A stretch of 63,827 nt of DNA, counting the filler, from Salisapilia sapeloensis CBS 127946 (Eukaryota; Protista; Oomycota), in the NCBI GenBank assembly GCA_023334545.1. It is 4 parts of 4 records of this genome, joined end to end, with 100 filler letters (N's around TTAATTAATTAA, not from the genome) between each part and the next. Parts side by side here need not be neighbours in the genome. Positions count along the whole stretch, not along the records: positions 1 to 25,554 come from JAADVB010000247.1; positions 25,655 to 52,442 come from JAADVB010000240.1; 2 more parts are not named here. One strand, written 5' to 3'. Below, one piece after another: positions 13,914 through 26,323 of the stretch. Each line of letters opens with the position of its first letter. Within the stretch, counting starts at the first letter, position 1. The position numbers were made by a program, and so were the translations under genes. The notes beneath the pieces are model-generated. The model did no database searches and was not told the DNA's origin. It worked only from the letters and a program-made list of their open reading frames with translations.

Positions 13914-16262
13914 TTACGTAGTTGGACGCTTTGTCGATGGGCATTTCTTGTAGCAATGGTACTATCGCATAATATAAGTAAGAAGAGTCTACATAATATA
14001 ATAAATCATAAAATACCTTGCGTTGACACATGTCGGTGCGGTTCTTACCACAGCAGCACAGTTCTTTGCAGACTGGACAGCCGTCGACAAAGACCGAGTC
14101 TTCATGCTCCTCCATCATCTTCTCAGCACACTTGTGGCAAAAGATGTGAGGACATCGGGAGCATTGTGTATTCTTTTTACGCAAGTTTCCACATCGATGA
14201 CAAGAAGCTCGATGGCTACGTGCTCCATTTTGATACATTTTCCATTGATCGACATTCATTTGGTAACTTGTATCAGCCTCTACATTCACTGGTGGCGCTG
14301 ATGTCATGCCAGGACCAAAGTTTTGTTGCATGTAGTTTGGATGCACTTGTCCATTCACGTTGGTCGGATACACCGGGGGACTTTGATGCATCATTGAAAA
14401 CGACTGGAGTGCGTAGTCCAGCTGCATGTTCATTCGACTGTCATACCCAGGGTCAAAGTCGGGTACAAATGTATTGTTTCCGGAGAAACTGGCATCTTGG
14501 TGCACACTTCGAGGATCATAATCCCACATTTGCTGCATCGAATGCGCTTCCATTTGATTCCCAGTTGCTGGCCACGTGCTCTGGAAGTTTGGCTGTAGCT
14601 TTTCCTGTTGCATGTGCCCTTGCATCTTTAATGGCACATTAAACACGTTTGGTCCACTAGCATTTGGATTGTACGTAGGAGACGCGCCAGCAACAGCCTG
14701 ATTCAACTGCTCAATTAAATGCTGTGCTTCCGGTATTGATGTCGGCACGTATCTCTCTCGATTTTGTACATCTAGTGCAATGGGCATAGAGCTAAATTGA
14801 CGCAGATTGGGGATCGCCATTGCTAGTGATTGCTTTTCTACCTCGGTTACCACTCTCTTCGTGCCAGTCTGATCGGTTAGCAAATGAATGTACTCATAAA
14901 GCATTGCCCACATCTGTGCTTTCATGTCCTGCATCATATAACCAAAGGACTTATCGAACCATGCTTGACGTAGTACTGGATCTGCTTCGAGCATGAATGT
15001 CTGGACATTGCTCGTGAGGCTTAAGGTTGTAGAGAACGCACCACAGAAGAAACTTGACTCGACAGGACTATACAAAGCATAGATCCATCCAGCAGGTACG
15101 AGGATTGTCATGCCTTCACACACGACGCACTTGATGCACTTGTCTACTTGATCCCCAAGGAAACTTCTGGATGCTGGTGGGTCCATGTTCGTCACCCAGT
15201 GTTTATATTCACGTAGGTTGTCTGGCGTTGGTGGAACAAGTAAGAACCATATCTCTCCACTTGAGACCGAAAGCCAGATGGATGATTGAGAGCGAGCGAT
15301 AGAAAAGTCCACGAATGTACATGCGCCGTAATGGGCACCATATTGACCTTGACGGTACCGAGACTGAGTATTTGATGAAGATTCTGACTTCATTAGCATG
15401 TGATACCAATCAACTTCCCGAACTGCGTCTGGTGCAGCGACTTGATCGTAAAAAGAGGAATCTTCGAGCTGGAAGACGGCATTTGGAGGCTGACTAGTGT
15501 TATCACCATGCTGTCTCAACTCCCATCCGTTCGTTGACAAGTTAAATATTTCTTGTAAATCGACATCAAAGGAACAAACTTTGACGTTGTCATCTAAAAT
15601 CTGTGTAATGTGATCTGACGAGATGACTGGAAACTGTTGTGTCTTTCCAGCAGCAACCCAATTTTTCTCAATGAGGAGAATCGGATCATCAAACCGACGC
15701 GTTTGGAAGTACTTTGCATTAAATTCCTACGAGATAAAGCATTTGGTAAATAAATCAGTTGCGTTCTTACCTAGCATCAAAGCACAATGGACGTACAGCA
15801 ACGTTGACGTGGCGGATACCGGATTTGGCAAAGATGGCCGAGTTGAGCAATTGCCGAAACATGGAAGAGTTCTTTCGATACTCTGCTAGTGGTGGTACGG
15901 CGTTGTCGTAGTTCGGTTGCATATGGAAACCACGCTGGATTGGCAATGGGGCATAGCTGAGTTGCTGCAGCTGATCTCGTTGAGTGATAGCTATGTGATA
16001 CAATTGCTTAGACCAAGGATGATGTACGTGGTAGAAGGCGGGTACGGGAGACGCGTTGTGTAGCATGTCCTTGGTGTTCACATTCCTGGCATGCAAACTT
16101 AGCAATGTCGATCGCCGCAAACTCGGTGAGCCCGACGCAACTCCCGTGGAACCATCGACCACAATAGTGGCATTCCATTAGGAAAGCTGGTGCATTCGGA
16201 TTGTGCACCCGCACACCGCAAGAGCCACACAGCTCACGCGTTGGGTCGAGTCTGCCCAGCAT
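13914..16262 (-). CDS. PHD finger + JmjC-like (KDM2/7-type, degenerate) + C-terminal 4xCXXC zinc finger protein (multi-exon)
   Basis: PHD CGSC...CHYCGRWFHGSC...CQEC (16008-16262); JmjC-fold segments APDAVREVDW, FLLVPPTPDNLREYKHW and VPAGWIYALYSP; zinc finger SCHRC...CSRCPHIFCHKC...CPVCKELCCC, then a spliced last exon YHCYKKCPSTKRPTT* with stop at 13914. Confidence 0.8.
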
Positions 16263-18344
16263 AATCTATAGCTATGCGTTCTGAGTTGCAAATCGGTAAT
16301 GGAGTTGTGATGGCGTCCTTGATCACACGATTTGAACCGAGCAGGAGCGTGCGAATTGGTATCAAAAGAACGGCAAATGACTGTGAGGGGATTCGTGTTA
16401 ACAATGAATCAATGCGACCGTGGCCTTATGCTTGATGTCAGCCAAGAAACACAGACATGTGGTACGCCAAGTTCTGGCTGGAAATTCTTCTCGGTCGCAT
16501 CCTAGTCACTTCATGCAAATGGACGATAGCATAGAAGCGATTAGAAATTTCACTCGCGTTACTGCGATAGGTTGATTGACGTAGCTGTACCTATAGCATT
16601 GGAGAAGTGCTTCGGTAGACATGGTTTTCTCTGCAGGCTGCATGCGCTGCTATCGTGTAGCTACGCCCATGAAACTATCTTATGTAGAGATCAGGCATTG
16701 CTTGATCTGATGGGCTGATTCGTAGATGCACTGGATATCGTCCTCTTCTTATCCACATTGCAAACGTGGTTCCAGCTCATACTACAATCGGCGGAATACA
16801 CGTGTATTTGGGCAGGTATTATGTTGCATAGGTAACGATCTTATCCTAAGCAAGGTATGATTCCGCAGGTTTACGCCACGAAGTGGACGAAATGCAGAGC
16901 GAGATTACATTTAAAACGGTAACTTGCCAGCGTGAAACAAGCCACTAGGCCACCAGTACTATAAGCTCCACGAACTTGCCTGAAATGAAACCCAGACATC
17001 CGCAGCATTTCAAGTGACTCCGAGTGACTTTAATTTATCACAGATGCATCGAGTACCTAAATAAAGATCGAAGCGGGGATGCTTTGCCAAGCTCCAAATT
17101 ATAAATGTTAGCGAGAACAATACCCTTTTAAACTGCGCAACGCCATGCTCCATATCTACACAACGTGGATTCATCGAGACATTCTGTACGTAGAGATAGA
17201 AAGCCTGAATCCCTTTACATTGTACCAATGATGCTTGCCAGCAAAATTTCTTTCCTTCTAATGGAAAAACGAAGACCAAAGCAAAAGAAGCATCAGTATG
17301 TTGAACCTCTCCGAGTCTAGCACATCCTCCATCCACATAAATCGTTTGGTTATCATAAGACGGCTTAGATACATTTGACAGCTGAATGGAGAACCAGGTT
17401 CGCTTTGGAAACTCTGATTATGGATACAGTTCTGTACTCCGTCCTGTGGTTCACTACAGGGGAATTCGATGAATTATGCTTAATAAAATGTTCTCTATCT
17501 TGAAGATAATATTCATAATTGAATTATGTCAAAGGTTGCACTTTCTGGCGGAAGTTTGCTCTGGTATTTAAATGTTGGCAATTGCTCTTCAACTTGGCGT
17601 TTGAGGTGACCACGATTCGAGGGTTCAAAATGCAGCAGAAAGGCTCCGCTGTTGCACAGTCAGGAAGTGAATTGAAACAGTGACTGCCAAGTCACATTCA
17701 TTCGTATTACCATCAGTATTTCATATCAGGATATGAACAGGCTATGTGTGTGTAGTCTTTCATCTTATCATTATCCTGTAGTATAAAGCAAACGAGCTGG
17801 AGTGTTTAAGCGAAAGAATCGGAGATAATTAATATATCCTGGTGCACTAGCAGACGGGCCCGACTTGCATGCATAAGAAATGAACCCTCATGATCTATTA
17901 GTAATCTATCATTTCATTCCAGCTTCCTTGATATCGAATAAACTACTCGTTTAATTCATATTGTTCATGTCGATGTTTACCCACCATAGCTCGAATCAGT
18001 GTATTATAGCCAAGTTTTCGCACAAAAGATAGAACCGTACAGTAAATTGTCGTTACTTGGCTTCAAGTGAGCTCAAACATAGCAACGTGGCTCGTAAGCG
18101 ATGTCAAATTTGTATTGACTCGCAAATAAATCCATGTAGGCATCGCAGCTGCATAAATTGTTTTCCACCAGTAAGTACGTTAAAGTAAAGAGAGAATGCA
18201 TTTGATCGGCATGCTTATTGTGTGCACAGAGATTGCGTTATCATGTTCGGTACTCGTAGATCTTCACGAGGTTATAAATAGCTTATGCAGTAAGTAGGAC
18301 GGCATGACTGCCTAAACGATAAACGAGTATAAATTACAAGCAAA

Positions 18345-20084
18345 ATGTCACTACCAACCGACGTGGCAGAGCTATATCCGAACCTCGTACATGAACGCAA
18401 TCGACGCTCAGTGAGCTTATCTTCATCTCAAAAGAACAAAAGTGGCGCTGTTGCTCACAAAACTGGCCGAAAGCAATCGCTAAAAGGTCAACGAAGCATT
18501 CCATCGCTCAAACCTCGACCATTGTCTCCTGTAGCCCGGAAGATGCTCAACCAAATATCGTCTTCAAAGGTTGCACTAAAGGATGCAAAGGTAGACGAAG
18601 ATGAAGCAATTATCGGTGTTGGACAGGAAGATGTTACCACTGCTCGATCGCAAGTTGATGGTAAGTTGGACCCGCTGGATTTGCAATTGAAGCAACGGCC
18701 ATCGACATGTGGAGATGAAGACCGAGGCGGGGGAAAACGACGTCATGTAGCTCGCAAGAGTATTTTACGTGGAGATTTAGATGTGTCGGTACAGCAGCAG
18801 CTTACTCGTAGACAGAAGATGGAGAGTGAATCAACTGATTTTAATCCACCATCTCCAGTCTTGCGTGCTATGAGTTCGACAGTATACTCTGGACTACAGC
18901 CACGTTCTCGTCATCGAAGACGAATTTTAAACTCATCAGTTTCTTTGGATCGGTTGAACTTTATACCGAACATATCAGCCTCTCAAAAAGACCGCCCCTT
19001 GGAGGCAGAGAAATCCATGCCTGCAACTATGTCTGTCGCGACCTTACCTTTATTTCTAGATGACCGAGAAGACAAAAATGATCCACTTGGATCCGGACAA
19101 GTACCAGGTGCCTGGGGTGAAGATGAAGGCGAGCAGGGGGTATTTTTGACAGAGGTGGATGCACAGATAGAGGCCAACAGACATGAGATCGCTCGACTAA
19201 TTGCGCGTGGATCGTATAAGTTATACGGTTGTGGAAATTCAGGAGAAGCTGCTAGTATGTTTGCGAGGGCAACTGAGGTCTGTGAGCAAGGTGTATCGCT
19301 TCAGAAGGAGATGGAAACTACTGGGATGCTGTCTAGTTTTTTGTATCATCATTGGGGAATGGCTTTAAAGGAGAATGGTCGTGTGGATGAAGCTAGAGAT
19401 GCACAAATGAAATCTCTGGAGCTAGCTCGTTCATCCCACTTACGCCGATTAGAAGGCCGTGCTCTGAAAGCTCTTGGTGTGCTATACATGGATGAAGGAA
19501 GGTATGAACGTTCGTTTGCGGTACAGCAAGAAGCTTTAGTTATCGCATTGGAAAGTGGAGATGCAGAGCTTGAATCTCGTGTCTATGCGAACCTTGGCAA
19601 CCTCGCAGCTGTGCAATCCAAATTTGGGCGAGCGCTAGCGTATCACGCACGTGACCTTCGACTTTCACAAGCATCCAGAGTACATTCCGCCTTGGGACAG
19701 GCTCGTGCGCATGAAAACTTGTCTAAGCTGTATGCAAAGCTGGGTAAAAGCATGCTCAAAAGTCAACATGAGCAATGTGCTCGTAAACTATGTGGTTGTA
19801 AAGCATTTGTCATGGATCTGGAACGACATCCGGACGACTGTGTCGGCAATATCTACTACCAAGTGGACGATCCTGATGACAACTTTGCTAAATTGATCAA
19901 GAGCTCATTTGCAACCATTGTACAAGAGTATCATGCCGCAAAGCGTAGTGTTAAGAAGCCTCTAGCTCATGGTAAGCTGGCCATGACGTCTGGGTACAGT
20001 CGTTCTCCGCCTCGAGGCGGGATGATCTTCATTCCACGAGCATCGTCATGGCAGGTACAGGGTGTGAGTATGAATAACCGGTAA
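18345..20084 (+). CDS. TPR-repeat protein with a disordered N-terminal half
   Basis: 579-aa ORF with helical TPR-like repeats (EGRALKALGVLYMDEGRYERS, ESRVYANLGNLAAVQSKFGRALAYH, QARAHENLSKLY). Confidence 0.65.
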   Translation: MSLPTDVAELYPNLVHERNRRSVSLSSSQKNKSGAVAHKTGRKQSLKGQRSIPSLKPRPLSPVARKMLNQISSSKVALKDAKVDEDEAIIGVGQEDVTTARSQVDGKLDPLDLQLKQRPSTCGDEDRGGGKRRHVARKSILRGDLDVSVQQQLTRRQKMESESTDFNPPSPVLRAMSSTVYSGLQPRSRHRRRILNSSVSLDRLNFIPNISASQKDRPLEAEKSMPATMSVATLPLFLDDREDKNDPLGSGQVPGAWGEDEGEQGVFLTEVDAQIEANRHEIARLIARGSYKLYGCGNSGEAASMFARATEVCEQGVSLQKEMETTGMLSSFLYHHWGMALKENGRVDEARDAQMKSLELARSSHLRRLEGRALKALGVLYMDEGRYERSFAVQQEALVIALESGDAELESRVYANLGNLAAVQSKFGRALAYHARDLRLSQASRVHSALGQARAHENLSKLYAKLGKSMLKSQHEQCARKLCGCKAFVMDLERHPDDCVGNIYYQVDDPDDNFAKLIKSSFATIVQEYHAAKRSVKKPLAHGKLAMTSGYSRSPPRGGMIFIPRASSWQVQGVSMNNR

Positions 20085-20162
20085 GCAACGACCATTGTGC
20101 ATTTTTGACATTGCATCGAATCAAAAACTACGACCTCGTATTGTTAAACGTAAGCAAAATAT

Positions 20163-21055
20163 CTAATCCAGACCACAAAGACTGACATCCGTCGCTACAC
20201 CAGCGTGGATGCCCTTGTCCTTAAGCATTTTACGCCTTGCCATGAACGCGTCGATTCCATCCATGGCTTCTAAATCGTACTTGGTCATGGGGTTCCGATC
20301 CAAATTTAAGATCTGGACATTCGAGTCATCCAATATGGCTTTCGCAATCGACTGTTCTCCACTTGGAGCCGTAGCCTTGATCTGATTCCGTTTCACTGAC
20401 AATATTTTCAGCTTGGTGCATGCTGCCATTGCATTCGGAATGTTTTGGACTCGATTATCATCCAACATGAATGTTTCTATATCAGCTAGATTTTGAATAG
20501 CATCCGGAATGGCTGTAATCGAGTTGCCAGTCAGATCGAGCTCTTTTAAGTGTCCAAGTGTCATGATGGAATCTGAGATGGTCTGGAGGTTGTTCTGCTT
20601 GAGTGATAGCTTTGTCAAGTTGGGTGGTAGTGGCTGTGAGAGGTCCATGAGGGGATTGTTATCCAGGATAAGCTATAAACATTGATATGAGAATGGAATG
20701 AGCCTGCATAACGTTTCGAATATGCTTTATCTACCGTCGTGAGAGCTGTAAGTGTAGACAGATCTGGAAGTCTAGTGAGTGAGTTGGACCCTAGTTTTAA
20801 AGTCTTTAGGTTGACTAGACTCCCACACTCCATAGGCAGTTCATCGATCTGATTGTCCGATAAATCGAGAGTCCGTAAATTCGTCAGTCCAGACACCTCC
20901 GATGGCACCTTTTTGAGCTTACTAGAAGCCAAAGACAGCATGCCCGATTTTTCAGCAGACTTGATTTTCTGCTGCTTTACATTTCGACTATGATTCTTCG
21001 GCTTACTCTTGGCTTCAGCCCGTGCCTCCTTCGCCTTCGTCGCTGCCTGCCCCAT
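20163..21055 (-). CDS. Small leucine-rich repeat protein, LRRC57-like (2 exons)
   Basis: MGQAATKAKE start; LxxLxLxxNxL repeats (LRTLDLSDNQI, LKTLKLGSNSL, LKELDLTGNSI); one intron near 20675-20733. Confidence 0.75.
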
Positions 21056-21197
21056 ACCGGTCAAATGGGTTCAGCGGATAGTTTGAGTGAGGTTCTCCGA
21101 AGGTTGATGGAAGGTTGATGGAAGGTTGTTTTCGAACGCTTATTTCGACCGCACATAGACACGAGTCATATTAAGAAAAATCTAAAACGTAAGAAGA

Positions 21198-21558
21198 ATG
21201 CTGTCCCTCCGTCGTGCTGCTATGAGTGTCGCCCAGAAGCGTGGTGCGATTGCCACGCCTTTCCAAACGGCGTCGTTCTCGGACCGTTTCTCGGACCGTG
21301 AACGTGGTGAAGAGACCGTCTACTTCAAGTACACTACCTTTGAAAAGATATTATTGGATATGAGACTAACTGGTTTGTAGCAAAGAAGATGAGAAGTCTC
21401 TTCGCAAGTTGCTCAAGAAGATGCACAGTCAAACCAAGGCTGACGAGAAGGGATCCCAGGACCACTTGGAACACGACATGGAAGGCCTGAACAAGATCGG
21501 TCTGGACTTGAGCAAGGACCAGGTCGAAGCTCTTCTCAAGTGGAAGCACGAGCACTAA
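21198..21558 (+). CDS. Mitochondrial F1Fo-ATPase inhibitor (IF1)-like small protein (2 exons)
   Basis: Transit-like MLSLRRAAMSVAQKR; the spliced product reads FSDRERGEETVYF-KEDEKSLRKLLKKM...LLKWKHEH*, matching the IF1 inhibitory segment pattern. Confidence 0.65.
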
Positions 21559-21641
21559 GCATTTCACTACTTGTCCAGAAGTATTCTGGATGAACGAAAG
21601 AAAGCAATGAAAGTGAATTTGCACTACTATTTGCTTCTAAC

Positions 21642-23155
21642 TTACGACGTCCGGTAGCTTCCCAATTGTCTTTCAATCTAGCATGTATTAGCTATTGGAG
21701 GTACATTATATAAGAGAGGTGCCAAGCTACCTGTTCCAGTTGCTGCTTCACTTCATCCCGACGTCGCTGTGCATCCTCCAGCATACCTCTAAATCGATCC
21801 TATAACCTCTCGTGAGTACATCCATCCATCCCTTCCTGATGATCGCACTCACCTTGACAATATGGTTGGCATTTCCATCCATCTTGATCGTCCAATCCGT
21901 CACTTCCTTTTCACTCTCTTTCAACTTGGACTCCAGTGCTTCCTTCTCTCGTGTCAATCTTTGATACTCTGGATTCGTCTTGTAGCTATCTTGATTCGTT
22001 GATGGTTTCTCTTCCATGTCACCTAGAATATCGTCTTCCAGATCATCCATCTTTTCATCCTGAGAGTTCTCTGGGCTAGCACTTGGTGTAAACGCTGGTG
22101 AGCGTTGAGCAGACTCCATGCCATCTACTTCCGATGCGTTCATGGGCGTATTCGCTCCGGATTTGTCTTCCATCTTGGACATTTCCAATGCAAGAGGCTG
22201 CGACGGATCGTTTTCCAAGGCTTTTGCCTGTGCAGCTGCAGGGTTTGTGAGTTCCAAGTACTCTGGATGCTTTCGAATGAGCTCCATTTCATCTGTCACG
22301 GTGATTCCTCCAGGGTGTGCTTCGTCCACCATCCAGTCGCAAAAGTCCACGAGCTCCGTGTCGGTTTCGACTGTTTATATACATGATAAGAGTCCGTGGA
22401 TGATGTACGAGGTAGAGGGTTTGTACCGATGGCATTGTTGGCTGTATTGGAGTTGATAATATTGTTTAGCTCTTCCTCCACTTGTGATACTTCCGGTTTC
22501 TACACTCGTTTTAGTGCTAGTTTGGACGGGAGAGAAATGAGGTACATACGGGGAAGGGTGTGTAGTGTTTGGTTTTCGCATACTTTCGCTTCACGACATT
22601 CGTGTTCGGAGGGGTGATGCCATGTGGAAGGTCATCGACTGAATCTAATTTCTTCTTGTCCTCTTCGCCTTCCCCGACGATGAAAATCTAGTTATAAAGT
22701 TATAACAAGAGTGTCTTTATGGATAACAAGGTTTATGTACCTGTCCGATTTCTCCACATTTGTACAGAAGATTATCATCGTACGTCTTGTGTGTTTCAAT
22801 GACAGTCGGCATTTGTGCTATAACAATTCATAGAATTAATATCGGTACGGATGAGATTATACGACTATAGAGTGATTAAACAAGGCATACATATCAGTGT
22901 AAAACATACCTAGCTTGACAGGGTATTGTTTGTCTTCAAACTGGAGCATAAAGCTTTGATTGTCCGCTAAACACAAGCGCCAAAGCAAATTATTAGCCGA
23001 ACGAGTCCTCATTGTGTCCAGTATAAACCATTTTATGCTATATGAATACCTCCAGAAATGAGCTCAATCTTGTTGGCAGCATCGCCATTTGAAATTGCAG
23101 CACGAACTTTGTCGGCGAGCTTCGGAGGGAGCTGAAGAAGGTATTGCTCCATCAT
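21642..23155 (-). CDS. TAF7: TFIID subunit 7 (TAFII55 N-terminal domain; multi-exon)
   Basis: Spliced reading gives MMEQYLLQLPPKLA...LVNLPTVIETHKTYDD...LPHGITPPNTNVVKRKY...EVSQVEEEL; acidic middle and coiled-coil C-terminus ending IERQLGSYRTS*. Confidence 0.8.
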
Positions 23156-23271
23156 ACTGCCAAGGTTGTGCTTGATGGGTAGAAATGCGGTGGCAGTTTA
23201 TGATGAAATGGATCTTGAAGAGACGGAATGGAAGTTGAAGACATAGATCGAGTGCTAAAGTACGTGTTTGC

Positions 23272-24800
23272 TTATGATGCTTGGATCGTACCTCCTGTGA
23301 TGACTATTCCATTACCTTGCTTTTCTCCACTATTTCCTTCGAGAGCCATAGCTAACTTTTTGTGTACTGTAGCATCTCGTAACATTTTGCAGCCGTGGAT
23401 GGTGATCGCATTGTATGACAAGTCGATGGAAGCCAAGGTGTTGTTTAGGCTGAGCGCAGTTGCCAAGTAGCCAACCGCTGCATCTGACTTTATTCCTGTG
23501 CATGCCTATCACCAGATTACCATTAGCATCGAAAGAGAGTGATCGTACGATAGCTTCCTACTAGATCTAGACGTTGCAGTGTATGGTTGTCTTCTATCGA
23601 CTTGTAGAATTCAACCACTCCTGGTGGCTCTAGACAGCAATGACTCTATATGGCATAACGATCAGTTTAAGCCTCTAAAACCCTTTTTCCACAGTTGAGG
23701 TTACCAAATCCATCGCCTTGATCAATTTATTGGCGTGAAGCAAGTTTGCCAGTGTGTGTCCGATATGTGGTCCTTGGAAACACCGCTGGAACAGTACATC
23801 CTCTATTGACGTATGGTTTGCTATTGCCTTTAGCAATTTCACAGCGGCAATGTCCGGTATTGGATTATCGCTGCATTTGAGAAACTTTAATGACTTGTTC
23901 GCTTCCAGTCCCTCTGCGATCACAACAAAACCTTCTGCTGAGTATGCATTACCAGATATGTCCAAATGCGTAATACGCTCATTCCCGATGAGTGCATTCT
24001 TTAAAAGGTCTGCAGTATCGTCTGTCATACCAGCGCTCGCCAACGATAACTTTTGTAGTGTAGTGTTATGCATGCCTTGTTCTGGCTTCACAATCAATGG
24101 TGATCGGGGAGCCAAATCACTTCGTCGCCGACGCATCTCGGCTTTTAACTTATTCTCTAAGGACACTGGGGGCGGGTATAATGATGATAATAGGTCATTT
24201 GCTTTGGCATTACCGATGCCATTGTAGCTTAGTCGGAGGTCAATGAGCGATTTGTTACGTCTTAAGGCACCGCCAAGCCAAGAAGACACGCCATCCAATC
24301 CTATGATGTTGTAGGTCAAGTCTAATACTTGTAGACTTTTATTGACTGTCAACGCCTGTGCCAGTCGCGTAGAACCAAAGGCAGCTATGCGGTTGTAGCT
24401 TAAATTAAGCTCTTTCAAGCACGGGTTAATTTCCAACGCCTCAGCGAGAAGAGAGATGGATGCGTCCTGGAGTTGATTCCCACTGAGCAAAAGCACGGTG
24501 ACAGCATTCTATCCCATAATCTTTAGTACACATCAGGACAGAGCAAGTCGCTTTTCAGGGTATTTACATTGCTCGAGAGGCCAAAGCTTAGACGCTCTAG
24601 ATGGAGACGAGTGAGGTTGCAACCTCGTAAGTCTGCTACTGAACTACATTCAATATTTATATCGTTATCTTCGTCCACATCCTTCCTGACTACGTTTGGA
24701 CATAGCTGTGCTTCTGTCCATACACTCTGGGAGCATGGGTGAGAAGCATGGTCGCAATGAGCTGAAAGTTACTGTAGGATGATCATTTGTCCTTACTTGC
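23272..24800 (-). CDS. RNI-like (NLRC3/CARMIL-type) leucine-rich repeat protein, multi-exon; 5' end uncertain
   Basis: Repeats LKELNLSYNRI, LQVLDLTYNII, LIDLRLSYNGI, ITHLDISGNAY and LASIDLSYNAI in ORFs 23675-24496 and 23272-23466; the frame continues upstream across an intron. Confidence 0.7.
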
Positions 24801-25554
24801 ATATTCCTTTGTAGATTTTTACTCTGTAAACGTTGCTCTATTAGTCTTCTTCATGTCTTTCAATTTGAAATGCGTTTACCTACGCTAATGTACGCAGTAG
24901 CTGTGCAAGTCGTATGACTGCATATCAAAATGCCGTCTCTCTTTCGTGATAATCGGTATTTTACCTAGTGCATTTGTCTGACTTACTTCAGGCCTAAGGC
25001 AAATCAAATTGATTGTATGAGGCTTCATACCACCCCAATGCTGGTGTTGATGTGTGAGTTGGGAGATATTGTGCAAATCCACAGCTTTTGCTCGTAATCA
25101 AAGTAAATAGCATCTCTCTCTCCAATCCGCTTTAGAACATTTTCCACATCTATTGCGTTGTAATTCAGGGAATGCACTGTAAACATGAAAGTCTTTGTAA
25201 GCTGTTGGATTTATAGGCAAGTATCCTACTTGAAAGGATCGAAGAGGATGAAGTCATGGGTCGTTACTATATCCTGGACTTACTCCGCTTTGATGAAACC
25301 GACGGAGTTTCGACAAGTAATAAAGTTTCTAAGGATATACTCGCGCTGAATACCGAATCAACAAAATTGCGGGTTCAGCTTTTGTAATTCTACTTATGAT
25401 AATCGAATCGGGAAATCCCGCGCTCGCTGAGAATAGCCGATTTTGCTTTGCCGCTTGCCATTGGAAACCTAACGCATCACTTCAATATAGCTTTCTCCCA
25501 CTATATCAAATGCATAATCGAGCGTTCTGTACTGCGAACGGAGATGCAAATTCA

Positions 25555-25654
25555 NNNNNNNNNNNNNNNNNNNNNNNNNNNNNNNNNNNNNNNNNNNNTT
25601 AATTAATTAANNNNNNNNNNNNNNNNNNNNNNNNNNNNNNNNNNNNNNNNNNNN
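25555..25654. other. Artificial contig spacer (N44-TTAATTAATTAA-N44)
   Basis: The 12-mer has stops in all six frames and is flanked by equal N runs; identical spacers occur twice more. Confidence 0.97.
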
Positions 25655-26323
25655 TGGCGGGGCAGGCATCGTTGCATTCGAGTCCTCCGCGTCGGCTTCA
25701 CCGCCCACCTTTGCACCGGCGAGGTTGGCACAGTCACCGTACACCTGCCATGGCGGCATGTGCACCGCAAGCCAGTAGATCACGAGCTCGCTCTTGCCCT
25801 CACACGCAGCCTTGTCGTACGTGACCTCACCGTTCGGGAAGGATTCACGGCAGTTGTCCGTGTATGGAAGTGCGAGAGTGTCGTCACACCAGATCTCGCA
25901 TGGGCCAGGGTGGTTGAACTGGTGGTCAGTTGGGCCAGTTTCCCAAATGACCTTGTCCGGAAGCTCTTGCGGCTGGTCATTCGGCTTGGACCATCCGCAC
26001 TTCGGATCGGGGGCAGTCGGCATGCCCTCGTATGCACGGCTCAGATCTTGCTTGTCCATGAGGAAGTCCTTCAACGATTCGTACTGGGAGTTCTTGAAGG
26101 CCTCCGCAATGACGGCAGCGTTCTGGTCAATGTTCGGCCAGTTGTTGAAAGTCTTGCCTGCCGGTGGGGTAAGTGCGTCGCCGTCAATGAGTGCACGCCA
26201 GTTTCCAGCGTAGAAGGACGGATCATACTTTGGTGCAGGCTTGGCCATGACACCGTGAGCAGTGATCACCGACGGCAAGGTCAGAGCGGAGACCGCGATA
26301 AATTGGAACGAAGATAAGACCAT
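25655..26323 (-). CDS. Secreted AA17-family lytic polysaccharide monooxygenase, 3'-truncated by the contig end
   Basis: Signal peptide MVLSSFQFIAVSALTLPSVITA followed by His1 (HGVMAKPAP); second His in NHPGPCEIWCDD; YWLAVH and WQVYGDC with the axial Tyr; CGW motif; acidic/Pro-rich linker running into the gap. Confidence 0.85.

Noticed and set aside
21102-21128. Direct repeat GGTTGATGGAA x2 in the LRRC57/IF1 divergent promoter, and a duplicated TTCTCGGACCGT in IF1 exon 1
   Set aside because: Too short and too few copies to separate from slippage; no CRISPR-like repeat-spacer structure anywhere in the window.
25599-25610. TTAATTAATTAA palindromic repeat (also at 52487-52498 and 61788-61799)
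   Set aside because: Identical six-frame stop linker inside symmetric N runs; a concatenation artefact. Adjacency of genes across these spacers carries no meaning.
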